32,000 nt of DNA from Phycisphaera mikurensis NBRC 102666 (GTDB lineage: Bacteria > Planctomycetota > Phycisphaerae > Phycisphaerales > Phycisphaeraceae): the NCBI RefSeq assembly GCF_000284115.1, contig NC_017080.1, forward strand, positions 3,630,001 through 3,662,000, given 5' to 3'. Positions 1-9,098 of the stretch are shown one piece after another. Every line of letters begins with the position of its first letter. The first letter of the stretch is position 1. The notes under the pieces were generated by a model. That model saw nothing but the letters and a program-made list of their open reading frames with translations, had not been told where the DNA came from and made no database searches. The translations under genes and the position numbers were made by a program.

Positions 1-299
1 TCGTAGCGGCCGGCGCCGGGCACGGAGTCGATGTGGGAGCCCAGCAGCAGGACCCTCGGCCGGCTCCCATCGAGCGGAGCCGCGGACCGCCGCCCGATCA
101 GGTTCCCCGCCGCGTCGGTCCGCGGCGCCAGCCCCGCCGACCGCATCCACCCCGCGAGCTTCCCGTGCGCCTCCTTCATCGCCGGGGTCAGGTACCGGCG
201 GGTGATGCGGTCCTCCTCCTCCGAGCAGGCCGCGATCGCGTCGCAGCGGAGCATGGCCGTCTCGGCGGCGGCGAGAGACTCTGGAGACGGAGCGTGCAC
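1..299 (-). CDS. Allantoate amidohydrolase / N-carbamoyl-L-amino-acid hydrolase-like M20 peptidase family protein, N-terminal fragment (gene runs off the window start)
   Basis: My own minus-strand translation gives VHAPSPESLAAAETAMLRCDAIAACSEEEDRITRRYLTPAMKEAHGKLAGWMRSAGLAPRTDAAGNLIGRR...RPRVLLLGSHIDSVPGAGRYD. The LGSHIDSVxxGGRYD block is typical of AllC/hydantoinase-C type M20 amidohydrolases. The start is GTG 299 (favoured by a TAGCTT box 7 nt upstream) or ATG 254. This ORF is not in the supplied track because it is truncated. Confidence 0.6.
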   Translation of the reverse strand, partial: MHAPSPESLAAAETAMLRCDAIAACSEEEDRITRRYLTPAMKEAHGKLAGWMRSAGLAPRTDAAGNLIGRRSAAPLDGSRPRVLLLGSHIDSVPGAGRY

Positions 300-306
300 G
301 GCGGAG

Positions 307-312
307 AAGCTA
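307..312 (-). promoter_or_regulatory. Candidate -10 box TAGCTT, 7 nt upstream of GTG 299 (leaderless-type arrangement)
   Basis: Plus strand aagcta at 307-312 is TAGCTT on the minus strand and matches TANNNT. It is part of a recurrent pattern in this window. Confidence 0.35.
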
Positions 313-388
313 CGGGACACGCTGCGGCCCGCGCCGCCCCCGCCGCCGTTCAAACGTCCAAGGCAACCAAGCGGTCGAAGGATCCAGC

Positions 389-545
389 CAGTCAAGGGGC
401 CAGGCCCCGGCAGTCAAGGGGTCAGGCAGTCAAGAAGAGTCAAGGGGTCGGGCAGTCAAGGGGTCAGGCCCCTGGCAGTCATGGCAGTCAAGGCAGTCAA
501 GGGGTCAGGCAGTCAAGGGGCAGTCAAGGGGTCAGGCCCCTTGAC
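389..545. repeat. Tandem, same-orientation array of GTCAAGGGG-core repeats ending in a perfect hairpin
   Basis: GTCAAGGGG is perfect at 391, 413, 439, 455, 496, 512 and 523. Degenerate copies sit at 429, 478 and 487. The 16-mer GCAGTCAAGGGGTCAG is perfect at 410, 452, 493 and 520. The last copy pairs with CCCCTTGAC at 537-545 (9-bp stem, loop TCAGG). The region has no protein-like translation. Confidence 0.9.
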
Positions 546-574
546 AAGGCCCCTCAACAGGCAGCTTTCGCGCT

Positions 575-633
575 TTTGAGGGGCCAATCTTTCGAGGGGC
601 CAGGCCCCTTGAAAGGAGGTCCCTCGAACGAGG
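575..633. repeat. Second hairpin cluster related to the array (TTCGAGGGGCC A GGCCCCTTGAA)
   Basis: 591-601 TTCGAGGGGCC pairs with 603-613 GGCCCCTTGAA (11 bp, one G-T pair). There is an extra direct copy TTGAGGGGCC at 576-585 and an inverted copy CCCTCGAA at 621-628. Confidence 0.75.
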
Positions 634-770
634 TACAAGGGGAGTCGCGGCCGCGCACCGGTCCTCCGCACGGGGAGGGTGCGGGCGACGGGGCGGACGC
701 GCTACGCTGCCCGGTCCCGCGAGGCCGTCGATGCCTGCCGACGCCCGCCGAGCCCGTTTGCCCGACGAAC

Positions 771-2327
771 ATGCGTGACCACGCGGTCCTCTATCTCAAT
801 GGCCGGCGCCGCGAGGTGCGCGGGGCCGACCTGCTGCTGCCGCTGTCGACGTGGCTGCGCGAGAACCAGCGGCTGACCGGCACCAAGATCGTCTGCGCCG
901 AGGGCGACTGCGGGGCCTGCTCTCTGCTGGTCGGCCGCCGCGAGGATCCCGCCGACGACGCCCTCACCTACCGCGCGATCGACGCGTGCATCGCCTTCGT
1001 CTACCAGGCGGACCGGGCGCACGTGGTGACCGTCGAGGGGCTGCGGGAGGAGGACGGCTCGCTGTCGAGCGTCCAGCAGGCGATGGTTGCCTGCCACGGC
1101 AGCCAGTGCGGCTTCTGCACGCCGGGCTTCGTCACCACGATCCACGCGGTCCACGAAGAGCCGAAGCAGGTGGGCGTGACGGTGAACGGCCAGGAGCCCG
1201 ACGAGGAGGAGATCGACTGGCCGCACGCGCTCTCCGGCAACCTGTGCCGCTGCACGGGCTACGTGCAGATCTTCGACGCGGCCAGGGCGGTGGACCCCGC
1301 GTCGCTCACCCGGCTCAACGATCGCTACCCGGCGGCCGCGATGCTCGACGACTTCGACGCCGCCGCCGAGGCCCCGCTCGATGCGAGCTTCGAGCGCGGA
1401 GGCCGGCCCTGCCGCGTCGCCGCCCCCCGCACGCTCGCGGCCGCCGCGGCCTTCCGCGCCGAGCACCCCGCCTGCCGGGTCGCTTCGGGCACGACCGACC
1501 TGGGCGTGCAGCACCGCCACGGCCGCTACGAGCCGGAGGTCGTGCTCGGGCTGCACGCGGTGGACGGACTCGGCGGCATCGACCGGGTGAGCGATGACGA
1601 CGCCGGGGGTGAATCCAAGCGCGAGCACCTGCTCATCGGCGCGGCCGCCACGTGGACACGCATCGCTCGCGAGGTCCAGCGCGACCTGCCGGCGTACCAC
1701 GCCGTCCTGATGCGCTTCGGCAGCCCGCAGATCCGCAACGCCGGCACGCTCGCCGGCAACCTCGCCAACGGCAGCCCCATCGCCGACAGCGTCCCGCTGC
1801 AGCTCGTGCTCGAGGCCGAGCTGGAGCTGATCTCGGGCGCCGGCGTCCGCCGCCGCGTCCCGCTCACCCGCTTCTACACCGGGTACAAGCAGATGGACCT
1901 CCGCGACGACGAGCTGATCGCCGCCGTCCGCCTGCCGCTGCCCATGCCGAGCCAGCGCCTCTCGCTGCACAAGGTCAGCAAGCGGCGCGACATGGACATC
2001 AGCACCTTCACCGCGGCGATCCTGCTCGATTTCGCGGACCGCGACGCCGCGGGCGAGGAAGGCTCCACGATCCGCGGCGCCCGCGTGGCCTACGGCGGGG
2101 TCGCCGCCACGGTCGTGCGGCTCGGGGCCGTCGAGACCTTCCTGGAGGGTGCTGCCTTCACGGAAGCGACGATGCGGGAAGCGGGGAGGATCGCCCGGGG
2201 CGAGCTGACGCCGCTGTCGGACGTCCGCGGCTCCGCCGAGTTCCGGCTGTCGCTCTGCGAGAACGTGATGGTCAAGGCGTTCCACGAGATCGTCGGCGAG
2301 GCCGCGGTGGCGGGGGGTGCGTCGTGA
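771..2327 (+). CDS. xdhA: Xanthine dehydrogenase small subunit (2Fe-2S plus FAD-binding)
   Basis: This is the in-frame part of track ORF 33..2327, starting at ATG 771 (MRDHAVLYLNGRRREV...). It carries the 2Fe-2S motifs CAEGDCGACS and CHGSQCGFCTPG...GNLCRCTGY, followed by a FAD-binding domain. The upstream 246 codons cover the repeat array and are not protein-like. Confidence 0.9.
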   Translation: MRDHAVLYLNGRRREVRGADLLLPLSTWLRENQRLTGTKIVCAEGDCGACSLLVGRREDPADDALTYRAIDACIAFVYQADRAHVVTVEGLREEDGSLSSVQQAMVACHGSQCGFCTPGFVTTIHAVHEEPKQVGVTVNGQEPDEEEIDWPHALSGNLCRCTGYVQIFDAARAVDPASLTRLNDRYPAAAMLDDFDAAAEAPLDASFERGGRPCRVAAPRTLAAAAAFRAEHPACRVASGTTDLGVQHRHGRYEPEVVLGLHAVDGLGGIDRVSDDDAGGESKREHLLIGAAATWTRIAREVQRDLPAYHAVLMRFGSPQIRNAGTLAGNLANGSPIADSVPLQLVLEAELELISGAGVRRRVPLTRFYTGYKQMDLRDDELIAAVRLPLPMPSQRLSLHKVSKRRDMDISTFTAAILLDFADRDAAGEEGSTIRGARVAYGGVAATVVRLGAVETFLEGAAFTEATMREAGRIARGELTPLSDVRGSAEFRLSLCENVMVKAFHEIVGEAAVAGGAS

Positions 2328-4756
2328 GCAGCGTCGGCCTCGCGATCCCGCACGAGTCCGCCGTCGGCCACGTGACCGGCAGCGCCCCGTACGTCGAAGA
2401 CCTCCCGCGGACCGACGGCGAGCTGTTCGTCGCCTTCGCCGGTTCGCCGGTCGCCGCCGGTCGGATCACCGGCATCGACACCGCCGAAGCCGCCGCCATG
2501 CCCGGCGTCGCCGGCGTCTGGACGGCGGCGGACTTAGCCGGTCCCAACGTCTTCGGACCGATCTTCCACGACGAGCCCTTCCTCGCCGACGACGAGCTGT
2601 CGTACCTCGGTCAGCCGGTCGTGGTGGTCGCCGCGGAGACGCGGGCGCAGGCCGAGGCCGCCGCCGCCGAGGTGGTGATCGCGGTGGAGGAGGCGACGCC
2701 GATTCTCGGCATCGACGACGCCATCGAGGCCGGCTCCACGCTCGGCCCGGTCCGCGTCATCGAGCGAGGCGACGTCGCCGACGCCTTCGCCACCGCTCCG
2801 CGCGTGCTGGAGGGCGTCTTCGAGAACGGCGGGCAGGAGCAGTTCTACCTGGAGAGCCAGGCCTGCCTCGCCACCGTCGACGAGCTCGGCCGCGTCCACG
2901 TCCGCAGCTCCACGCAGAACCCCACCGAGACGCAGGCCGTCGTCGCCGAGGCCTTCGGGCTGGGCATGCACGAGGTCGTGTGCGAGTGCCGCCGCATGGG
3001 CGGCGGCTTCGGCGGCAAGGAGACGCAGTCGGCGATCCCCGCGGTGATGTGCGCGCTGGTCGCCCGGCAGACCGGCCGGCCCGCCCGCGTCGTCTACAAC
3101 AAGTCGGTCGACATGCTCGTCACCGGCAAGCGGCACGCGTACCGGTCGCGGTGGCGGGTCGCCTTCGACGACGACGGCCGCGTGCTCGCGCTCGCGATCG
3201 ACTTCGACTCCGACGGCGGCGCCTTCGCCGACCTCTCGACGTCGATCATGGAGCGGACGATGCTCCACGCCGACAACGCCTACGCGCTGCCCGCCTGCCG
3301 CTTCGTCGGCCGGATCGCCAGGACCAACCTCCCACCCAACACGGCCTTCCGCGGCTTCGGCGGGCCGCAGGGCGTGATCGTCATCGAGTCGGTGCTCGAC
3401 GAGGTCGCCGCCGCCTTAGGGATCGACGGCTTCGCCATCCGCCAGCGGAACCGCTACGTCGACGGCGACCCGGAGCGGTCGATCGCGCCCTACGGCGCGG
3501 TCGTGAAGGACCACGTCCTCGGCGAGCTGCTCGACACGCTGGAAGCGAGCAGCGACTTCGCGGACCGCCGCACCGAGATCGAGCGCTTCAACGCGACGAG
3601 CCGGACGCACCTCCGCGGCATCGGCGTCTGCGCGCTGAAGTTCGGCATCTCCTTCACCACGAAGTTCCTCAACCAGGGCAACGCGCTGGTGAACGTCTAC
3701 TACGACGGCACCGTGCAGCTTTCCACCGGCGGCACCGAGATGGGCCAGGGCCTCTTCACCAAGGCTCGCCAAGTGGTCGCCGACGCGTTCGGCATCCACC
3801 ACGAGGCGGTCCGGGTGATGACGACCTCGACCGAGAAGAACCACAACACCAGCCCCACCGCCGCCAGCGCCGGCAGCGACCTGAACAACGCCGCCGCCTT
3901 GGACGCGTGCCGGCAGATCAAGGAGCGGATGGTCCGCTACGCCGCCAAGGCCTTCGCCAGCGAAGAATTCGGCCGCGAGTACTCGGAGGATCACGTCGTC
4001 ATCGCCGACGGCCGCGTCTACGACAGCCGCGTGCCCATCGACGCTCCCACCGAGGCGTACGGCGTCCACGCCTTCGACTTCGGCCGCTTCTGCGACGCCG
4101 CCCGCCGGGACCGCGTCGACCTGGGCGCCCGCGGCTTCTTCTCCACCCCCGGCGTGGACTTCAACCGCGTCACCGGCCGCGGCAACCCCTTCTACTACCA
4201 CACCACCGGGGCCGCGGTCGCCGGCGTGACGATCGACCGCTTCACCGGCGAGATCGTCGTCGACCGCGTCGACCTCCTGATGGACGTCGGCAAGATGATC
4301 AACCCCGGCATCGACACCGGCCAGGTCATCGGCGGCTTCGTCCAGGGCATGGGCTGGTGCACGACCGAGGAGCTGACCTACGACGCCACCGGCCGCCTCA
4401 CCAGCGACAGCCCCACGACGTACAAGATCCCCGCGGCCACCGACGTGCCGCGCGACTTCCGCTTCGGCTTCCTGGAGAACCCGAAGCACAAGACGAACGT
4501 GCGGCAGAGCAAGGCCGTCGGCGAGCCGCCGCTGATGCTCGCCCCGTGCGTGTGGCTCGCGGTGAAGCACGCGATCGGCTTCGTCGGCGACGCGTCGGCG
4601 CTGCGGCTGCCCGCCACCGGCGAGGAAGTGCTGCGGTGCCTCGGCCTCCCGAGACGGGATCCGGCCGACGGCCGCTTCCAGCGCGGCTTCCTGCCCGAGG
4701 ACGCCCCCGCCGAGGCCTGGACCGGAGCGCCCGATGGCGAACCCGCGCGACGCTGA
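2324..4756 (+). CDS. xdhB: Xanthine dehydrogenase large, molybdopterin-binding subunit
   Basis: GTG 2324 overlaps the xdhA TGA (GTGA). The N-terminus SSVGLAIPHESAVGHVTGSAPYVEDLP and the CRRMGGGFGGKE motif are present, with the aldehyde oxidase/xanthine dehydrogenase a/b hammerhead and Mo-binding regions. This is the in-frame portion of track ORF 1652..4756. Confidence 0.9.
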   Translation: MSSVGLAIPHESAVGHVTGSAPYVEDLPRTDGELFVAFAGSPVAAGRITGIDTAEAAAMPGVAGVWTAADLAGPNVFGPIFHDEPFLADDELSYLGQPVVVVAAETRAQAEAAAAEVVIAVEEATPILGIDDAIEAGSTLGPVRVIERGDVADAFATAPRVLEGVFENGGQEQFYLESQACLATVDELGRVHVRSSTQNPTETQAVVAEAFGLGMHEVVCECRRMGGGFGGKETQSAIPAVMCALVARQTGRPARVVYNKSVDMLVTGKRHAYRSRWRVAFDDDGRVLALAIDFDSDGGAFADLSTSIMERTMLHADNAYALPACRFVGRIARTNLPPNTAFRGFGGPQGVIVIESVLDEVAAALGIDGFAIRQRNRYVDGDPERSIAPYGAVVKDHVLGELLDTLEASSDFADRRTEIERFNATSRTHLRGIGVCALKFGISFTTKFLNQGNALVNVYYDGTVQLSTGGTEMGQGLFTKARQVVADAFGIHHEAVRVMTTSTEKNHNTSPTAASAGSDLNNAAALDACRQIKERMVRYAAKAFASEEFGREYSEDHVVIADGRVYDSRVPIDAPTEAYGVHAFDFGRFCDAARRDRVDLGARGFFSTPGVDFNRVTGRGNPFYYHTTGAAVAGVTIDRFTGEIVVDRVDLLMDVGKMINPGIDTGQVIGGFVQGMGWCTTEELTYDATGRLTSDSPTTYKIPAATDVPRDFRFGFLENPKHKTNVRQSKAVGEPPLMLAPCVWLAVKHAIGFVGDASALRLPATGEEVLRCLGLPRRDPADGRFQRGFLPEDAPAEAWTGAPDGEPARR

Positions 4757-5564
4757 ACACGGGGACGACACCCGTTTCCCCGACCGTTTCCCCGAGCTCG
4801 AGGACATCCCGCACGTCGAGATCCTGCTGGTCGACGCCCACGGCTCCACGCCGGCCGACGCCGGCGCCCGCATGGTGGTGACCGAAGCCGGCCGCCACGC
4901 CGGCACCGTCGGCGGCGGACGCCTCGAGGCCAAAGCCATCGCCGAGGCGCAGGAGATGCTGCGGACCGGCGGATCGACGCGCTTCCGCGACTGGAACCTG
5001 CGCCGCGACGTCGGTATGACCTGCGGCGGCACCGTCAAGCTCTACCTCGAGAGCCACAACGCGAGCGACTGGCGCATCGCCGTCTTCGGCGCCGGGCACG
5101 TCACCCAGGCCGTCGCCCGGGTGCTGGTGCAGCTGCCCTGCCGGCTGACCTGCATCGACCCTCGCGCCGACTGGCTCGCGCAGCTGCCCGAGGGCGTGGA
5201 GACCCGCCACCGCGGCGAGCCCGGCGTGCCCGCCGAGGTGGACACGCTGCCGGATCGCACCCACGTGCTGTGCATGACCCGCGGCCACGCCGCCGACCGG
5301 CCGGTCCTGCGTCGCATCTTCGAGACCGGCCGCGGCTTCGCCTTCCTGGGCGTCATCGGCTCCGCGGCCAAGGCCGCGACGCTGCGCCGAGAGCTGGAGA
5401 AGGAGGGCGTCCCCGCCGATCGCATCGCCTTCGAGTGCCCCGTGGGCCTGCCGATCGGCGGCAACCACCCCGCCGAGATCGCCGTCTCCATCACCGCCCG
5501 CCTGCTGCAGGCGCGGGACGCGCCCCGACCGCGGACCGCAGGTGCCAAGCCTCCGAGAGCCTGA
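4734..5564 (+). CDS. xdhC: XdhC-type xanthine dehydrogenase accessory/maturation protein
   Basis: Track ORF 4734..5564. It shows the XdhC/CoxI pattern (GTVGGGRLE, MTCGGTV, a Rossmann-like IAVFGAGHV segment, GVIGSAAK) and overlaps the xdhB end by 23 nt. Confidence 0.85.
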   Translation: MANPRDAEHGDDTRFPDRFPELEDIPHVEILLVDAHGSTPADAGARMVVTEAGRHAGTVGGGRLEAKAIAEAQEMLRTGGSTRFRDWNLRRDVGMTCGGTVKLYLESHNASDWRIAVFGAGHVTQAVARVLVQLPCRLTCIDPRADWLAQLPEGVETRHRGEPGVPAEVDTLPDRTHVLCMTRGHAADRPVLRRIFETGRGFAFLGVIGSAAKAATLRRELEKEGVPADRIAFECPVGLPIGGNHPAEIAVSITARLLQARDAPRPRTAGAKPPRA

Positions 5565-5589
5565 CGGTCCGCGGAAGCCGTTGGTCGCT

Positions 5590-6687
5590 TCAGAGGACCG
5601 CGTCGAGCCCCGCGAGGATGCGGTCGACGGCCTCGTCCGTGGCCCCGTGGCCCATCAGACCGATCCGCCAGCACTTGCCGGCGAGAGCACCCAAGCCGCC
5701 GCCGATCTCGAGGTGGTGGTCGAGGAGGAGGCGCTTGCGAACGGCGGCTTCGTCGTCCACGCGATCGGGGATGCTCACGAGGTTGAGCATCGGCAGCGTC
5801 CATTCCGGATCGCTGGCGTAGCGGAAGCCACGGGTTTCCAGGCCGGCTTTGAGCCTCTCGTGGACGCGCCGGTGCCGGGCGTAGCGAACCTCCAGGCCCT
5901 CTTCGAGCACGAGCCGGAGGGCCTCGTGCAGCGCGAAGTTCATGTTGACCGGGGCGGTGTGGTGGTACGCCCGGCTGCCGCTCCAGTAGTTGCCCACGAG
6001 GTTGAGGTCGAGGTACCAGGAGTTCGGCTTGGTCTTCCGCGAGCGCACCTTCTCCATCGCACGCTCGGACAGCGACACCGGCGAGAGGCCCGGCGGGCAG
6101 GACAGGCACTTCTGCGTGCCGCTGTACGCGGCGTCCACGCCCCAGGCGTCCAGCTCGACCGGCCGCCCGGCCAGCGAGGTCACGCAGTCCATCACCAGCA
6201 GGCCGCCGTGTTCGTGGACGGCATCGGCGAGGCCCTCGAAGGGTTGCAGCGTGCCGGTGGAGGTCTCGGCGTGGACGAAGCAGACGATCTTGGGCTTCAG
6301 CTCCGCAACTTTCTCCTTGATGAGCGTGCGGGAGAAGCTCTGGCCCCAATCGGCGTGCAGGTTCGTCACGACGCCGCCGGCCCGGCGTGCCTTGTCGGTG
6401 AGGCGGCCGCCGAACACGCCGTTGACGCCGATGAGGCAGGCGTCGCCGGGCTCGACGAGGTTGTCCATCAGCATCTCGGCGCCGGCGGAGCCCGTGCCCG
6501 AGCAGGCGAGCGTCATCTCGTTCTCCGTTCCGAAAACCTGCTGCAGCATCTCCCGGACCTCGTTCATCACCCGCATGAACGCGGGGTCCATGTGGCCGAT
6601 GCACGGCTGCCCGAGCGCTTCGAGCACGGACGGCGGGACGGGAGAGGGGCCGGGGCCGTGGAGGTGGCGCGTGGGGAGGTCGAGCAT
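5590..6687 (-). CDS. Class-V aminotransferase of the alanine-glyoxylate / serine-pyruvate (AGXT) family, possibly PucG-like ureidoglycine-glyoxylate aminotransferase
   Basis: Track ORF 5590..6687. It has the AGXT-like layout ([27 protein letters not shown]-lysine context YSGTQKCL). The PucG-like suggestion rests only on the purine-catabolism neighbourhood. Confidence 0.8.
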   Translation of the reverse strand: MLDLPTRHLHGPGPSPVPPSVLEALGQPCIGHMDPAFMRVMNEVREMLQQVFGTENEMTLACSGTGSAGAEMLMDNLVEPGDACLIGVNGVFGGRLTDKARRAGGVVTNLHADWGQSFSRTLIKEKVAELKPKIVCFVHAETSTGTLQPFEGLADAVHEHGGLLVMDCVTSLAGRPVELDAWGVDAAYSGTQKCLSCPPGLSPVSLSERAMEKVRSRKTKPNSWYLDLNLVGNYWSGSRAYHHTAPVNMNFALHEALRLVLEEGLEVRYARHRRVHERLKAGLETRGFRYASDPEWTLPMLNLVSIPDRVDDEAAVRKRLLLDHHLEIGGGLGALAGKCWRIGLMGHGATDEAVDRILAGLDAVL

Positions 6688-6692
6688 GCGCG

Positions 6693-6698
6693 AGGGTA
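6693..6698 (-). promoter_or_regulatory. Candidate -10 box TACCCT, 5 nt upstream of ATG 6687
   Basis: Plus strand agggta at 6693-6698 is TACCCT on the minus strand. No Shine-Dalgarno sequence lies between it and the ATG. Confidence 0.35.
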
Positions 6699-6758
6699 CG
6701 GGAGGGCCCGCGGCGGCCGCCGCGCCGCAGCCGTGGCCACGGGGCCGTGGGCGAGGCC

Positions 6759-8777
6759 TTAGGCGATCTCGATCATCGCGTGCCCGACCAGCTTCGGCAC
6801 CGTGAAGGTGAGGGTCTCGCCGTCGAGATCGAACCCGATCGGCTCGCCACCGGGGACGCGCTTCACCGACGCCACGCCCGCCGAGCCCCGCACCGTCAGC
6901 TTCAGCCCGTGCAGCGGGATGGCGTCCTCGATGACGTCAAAAGCCTGGCCCCGACGCTCCGGGATGTAGTGCAGCAGGTGCAGGACCCGCCGGCCCTGCT
7001 CCGGTTGCCGGTTCAGCGACACCTGCAGCGAGCTGGGCCCGTCGTGCTCCACGATCGGGTCGGGCAGCACGCGGCGCATCGCGTTGCGGACGAGCCGCTT
7101 GATCCAGCGGGGCGCCTGCTCGTGGTAGCTGCGGAACACCGGGTGGGCGAAGTAGATGACGCGGCCGCCGCCGATCCGCTTCTCGGTGACACCGGGGTAG
7201 ACCTTCTGGAAGCTGGTCGGCGTGTAGCGGTGGCTACAGAAGTGCTGCCAGGCCCGGTTGAAGAACGGCCGCTCGACGGCGGCGAGCACCTCGGTGCCCG
7301 GTCTGGTCCGCACCTGCAGCGCCCGCTGCTGCATCACGTAGCGCGTGGCGTCGAGGCCGTCGAGCAGCTCGGGCCCGGGGTGGATGAAGTCAGGCTCGAA
7401 CTCCGCGGGGCCGACCCGCTCCACGGCGGAGGCGATCGGCTCGGCGAAGCCGGAGCCGTCCGGGAGGAGCCCGCTCTCGTGCGAGGCGATCACCGCTCCG
7501 CCGGCCTCGACGAAGGACTTGAGCTTCTCGCCGAAGGCGGCGTCCACCGGGACCTCGTCGGGAACGACGACCAGCCGGTAGCCGGAGAGGTCCTTCTCGC
7601 TGGTGATCAGGTCGAACTGCGTGCCCAGCTCGGTGAGCATCTTCACCACGCCGAAGTCGGTGCGGCCGTGGGTTTCATCCTGCCAGAGGCCCTCCGCGGT
7701 GGCGTACGCCTCGGGGTTCATCACCGCGACGTCGGTGACCGCTTCGGCCCCGCGGCACCAGGGCTCCTTGGCCTCGATGGCGTGGAAGACGTGGCCGATC
7801 AGCTTGTACGTCGTGGGGTCGAGCTCCCCATGGGGGTGCAGCTGGTCGCCGATGGAGCAGGCCCCGTTGAGCGCGAGCATCTGGAAGACCTCGTACTCCA
7901 TCGCCGCCTCGTTCTTGTAGCCGTGGAAGTCGCCCCAGCTGCCGTGGAACTTGCCGGTCATCCCCAGGACCGGCTTGCCGAGCTCGCGGCCGCTGCGCTG
8001 GGCCACCGGGAAGTGCATGTAGCCCCAACCGCCCGAGGCGAGGCTCTCCACCTCGTAGTGCGTGTACGCCTCGGTGCTGGATCGGTGCCGCGGGCCGACG
8101 TGGCCGGCGTTGAAGTAGATCGTGCAGTCCGGGGTGTGCTGCGGCAGGCCGCGGATGAAGCGGGCCATGTCCAGCTTGAACGCGTCGATCACGCGGCGGG
8201 CGTAGGCCATCTGATCCGCGGGGTTCCGCGGGTCCTTGCCCTCTTTCAACATCGCCTTCAGCCAGCGGGCGTCGAAGGAGAACACGGGCACCACGATGTC
8301 GAACCAGAGCCCGTCGACGGGCATCAGCTCGAACAGCTCTCTCACGTGCTCCTTCAGAAACGACACGTAGCCGGGGTGGCTGACGTCGAGCCGGTCGTAG
8401 AAGCCGGCCTCCAGCGGGCCGCGGCCGGTGCCCCGGCCCTCCTCGTCGATGAGCATCCAGTCCCGGTGGGCGTCCCGGGTGAACTGATCCCACTGCACCG
8501 TCACGTAGATCGGGGCGCGGATGCCGCGGTCGTGGCAGGCGGCGATCTGGTCGGGCAGCAGGCTGGGCCGGGCCAGGTGCGGGTGGATCCGCTCGGGAAA
8601 GGCCTTGCTGGGGTAGTAGAGGTAGCCGTGGTGGCAGCGGGCGAAGAGGTTGATCGAATCGACCCCGGCGGCCGCGAGCGTGTCGCCGAAGCGGTCGGGG
8701 TCGAAGTCCTTGCCGACGCCTTCGATGTCGCCGGAGGTGTGGAAGTCGAGGTGGACCTGTCGATAGCGAAGCTTCAT
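6759..8777 (-). CDS. Putative glycoside-hydrolase-like protein (GHL6 / GH42 beta-galactosidase trimerisation-domain-like family)
   Basis: This is the in-frame part of track ORF 6759..8861, starting at ATG 8777 ([18 protein letters not shown]...). From memory, this N-terminal signature plus a class-I glutamine-amidotransferase-like middle domain resembles hypothetical glycosyl hydrolase 6 / beta-galactosidase trimerisation-domain proteins common in PVC bacteria. The family assignment was not verified by search. Confidence 0.6.
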   Translation of the reverse strand: MKLRYRQVHLDFHTSGDIEGVGKDFDPDRFGDTLAAAGVDSINLFARCHHGYLYYPSKAFPERIHPHLARPSLLPDQIAACHDRGIRAPIYVTVQWDQFTRDAHRDWMLIDEEGRGTGRGPLEAGFYDRLDVSHPGYVSFLKEHVRELFELMPVDGLWFDIVVPVFSFDARWLKAMLKEGKDPRNPADQMAYARRVIDAFKLDMARFIRGLPQHTPDCTIYFNAGHVGPRHRSSTEAYTHYEVESLASGGWGYMHFPVAQRSGRELGKPVLGMTGKFHGSWGDFHGYKNEAAMEYEVFQMLALNGACSIGDQLHPHGELDPTTYKLIGHVFHAIEAKEPWCRGAEAVTDVAVMNPEAYATAEGLWQDETHGRTDFGVVKMLTELGTQFDLITSEKDLSGYRLVVVPDEVPVDAAFGEKLKSFVEAGGAVIASHESGLLPDGSGFAEPIASAVERVGPAEFEPDFIHPGPELLDGLDATRYVMQQRALQVRTRPGTEVLAAVERPFFNRAWQHFCSHRYTPTSFQKVYPGVTEKRIGGGRVIYFAHPVFRSYHEQAPRWIKRLVRNAMRRVLPDPIVEHDGPSSLQVSLNRQPEQGRRVLHLLHYIPERRGQAFDVIEDAIPLHGLKLTVRGSAGVASVKRVPGGEPIGFDLDGETLTFTVPKLVGHAMIEIA

Positions 8778-9086
8778 CGATGAACCTTCTACGCGATCCG
8801 CGGGCACCGTGCGCGGCCGGTCCGGGGGAGGACGGTCCGGGCGGCGCCCGCCGGGACCCATCGGCCCGACGCCGCCCGGGGAGCCCGACCCGCCGCGGCT
8901 GCGACCGCGAGCTCCCGCCGACCCCGGAGCCCCGGAGCATCGTGCGCCGTCTCCCGATCGGCCGGCGTCTGCGGGGCGCGTGCCTCGCCAGGGGGCGAAG
9001 CCGCACCGCCCCTGCGGCGCGCTGCGGCCGACGAAGCCGGGGCCACCACCCCCGCGGAGGCGGCCAGAGAAGGTCGCACGGTGCGC

Positions 9087-9092
9087 TAAGGT
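9087..9092 (+). promoter_or_regulatory. Candidate -10 box TAAGGT, 6 nt upstream of TTG 9099, preceded by palindrome CGCACGGTGCG
   Basis: The sequence reads gcgcTAAGGTgcgccgTTG. The palindrome CGCAC-G-GTGCG at 9075-9085 abuts the box. Confidence 0.3.
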
Positions 9093-9098
9093 GCGCCG

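Noticed and set aside
389-545. A possible CRISPR array.
   Set aside because: The repeat units are only 9-16 nt and directly abut or are 0-13 nt apart. There are no unique spacers of about 30 nt and no cas genes in the window.
33-770. An N-terminal extension of xdhA from position 33 (track ORF 33..2327), and a similar 5' extension of the PLD gene to 16464 that would put the poly-C tract inside coding sequence as PPPPP.
   Set aside because: - The extensions translate the repeat arrays into low-complexity sequence and are absent from the conserved N-termini of these families.
- Internal ATGs at 771 and 16290 give family-typical N-termini.
- For the PLD gene, a -10-like box sits 6 nt upstream of the ATG.
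6731-6750. Overlapping palindromes CCGTGGCCACGG / CCACGGGGCCGTGG downstream of the GH-like gene stop, and the 6-bp hairpin CAGCCA-CGGA-TGGCTG at 13792-13807 between the convergent RND and transposase-like genes, as intrinsic terminators.
   Set aside because: The stems are short and there is no U-tract. In DNA this GC-rich such palindromes arise easily, so they are not reported as features.
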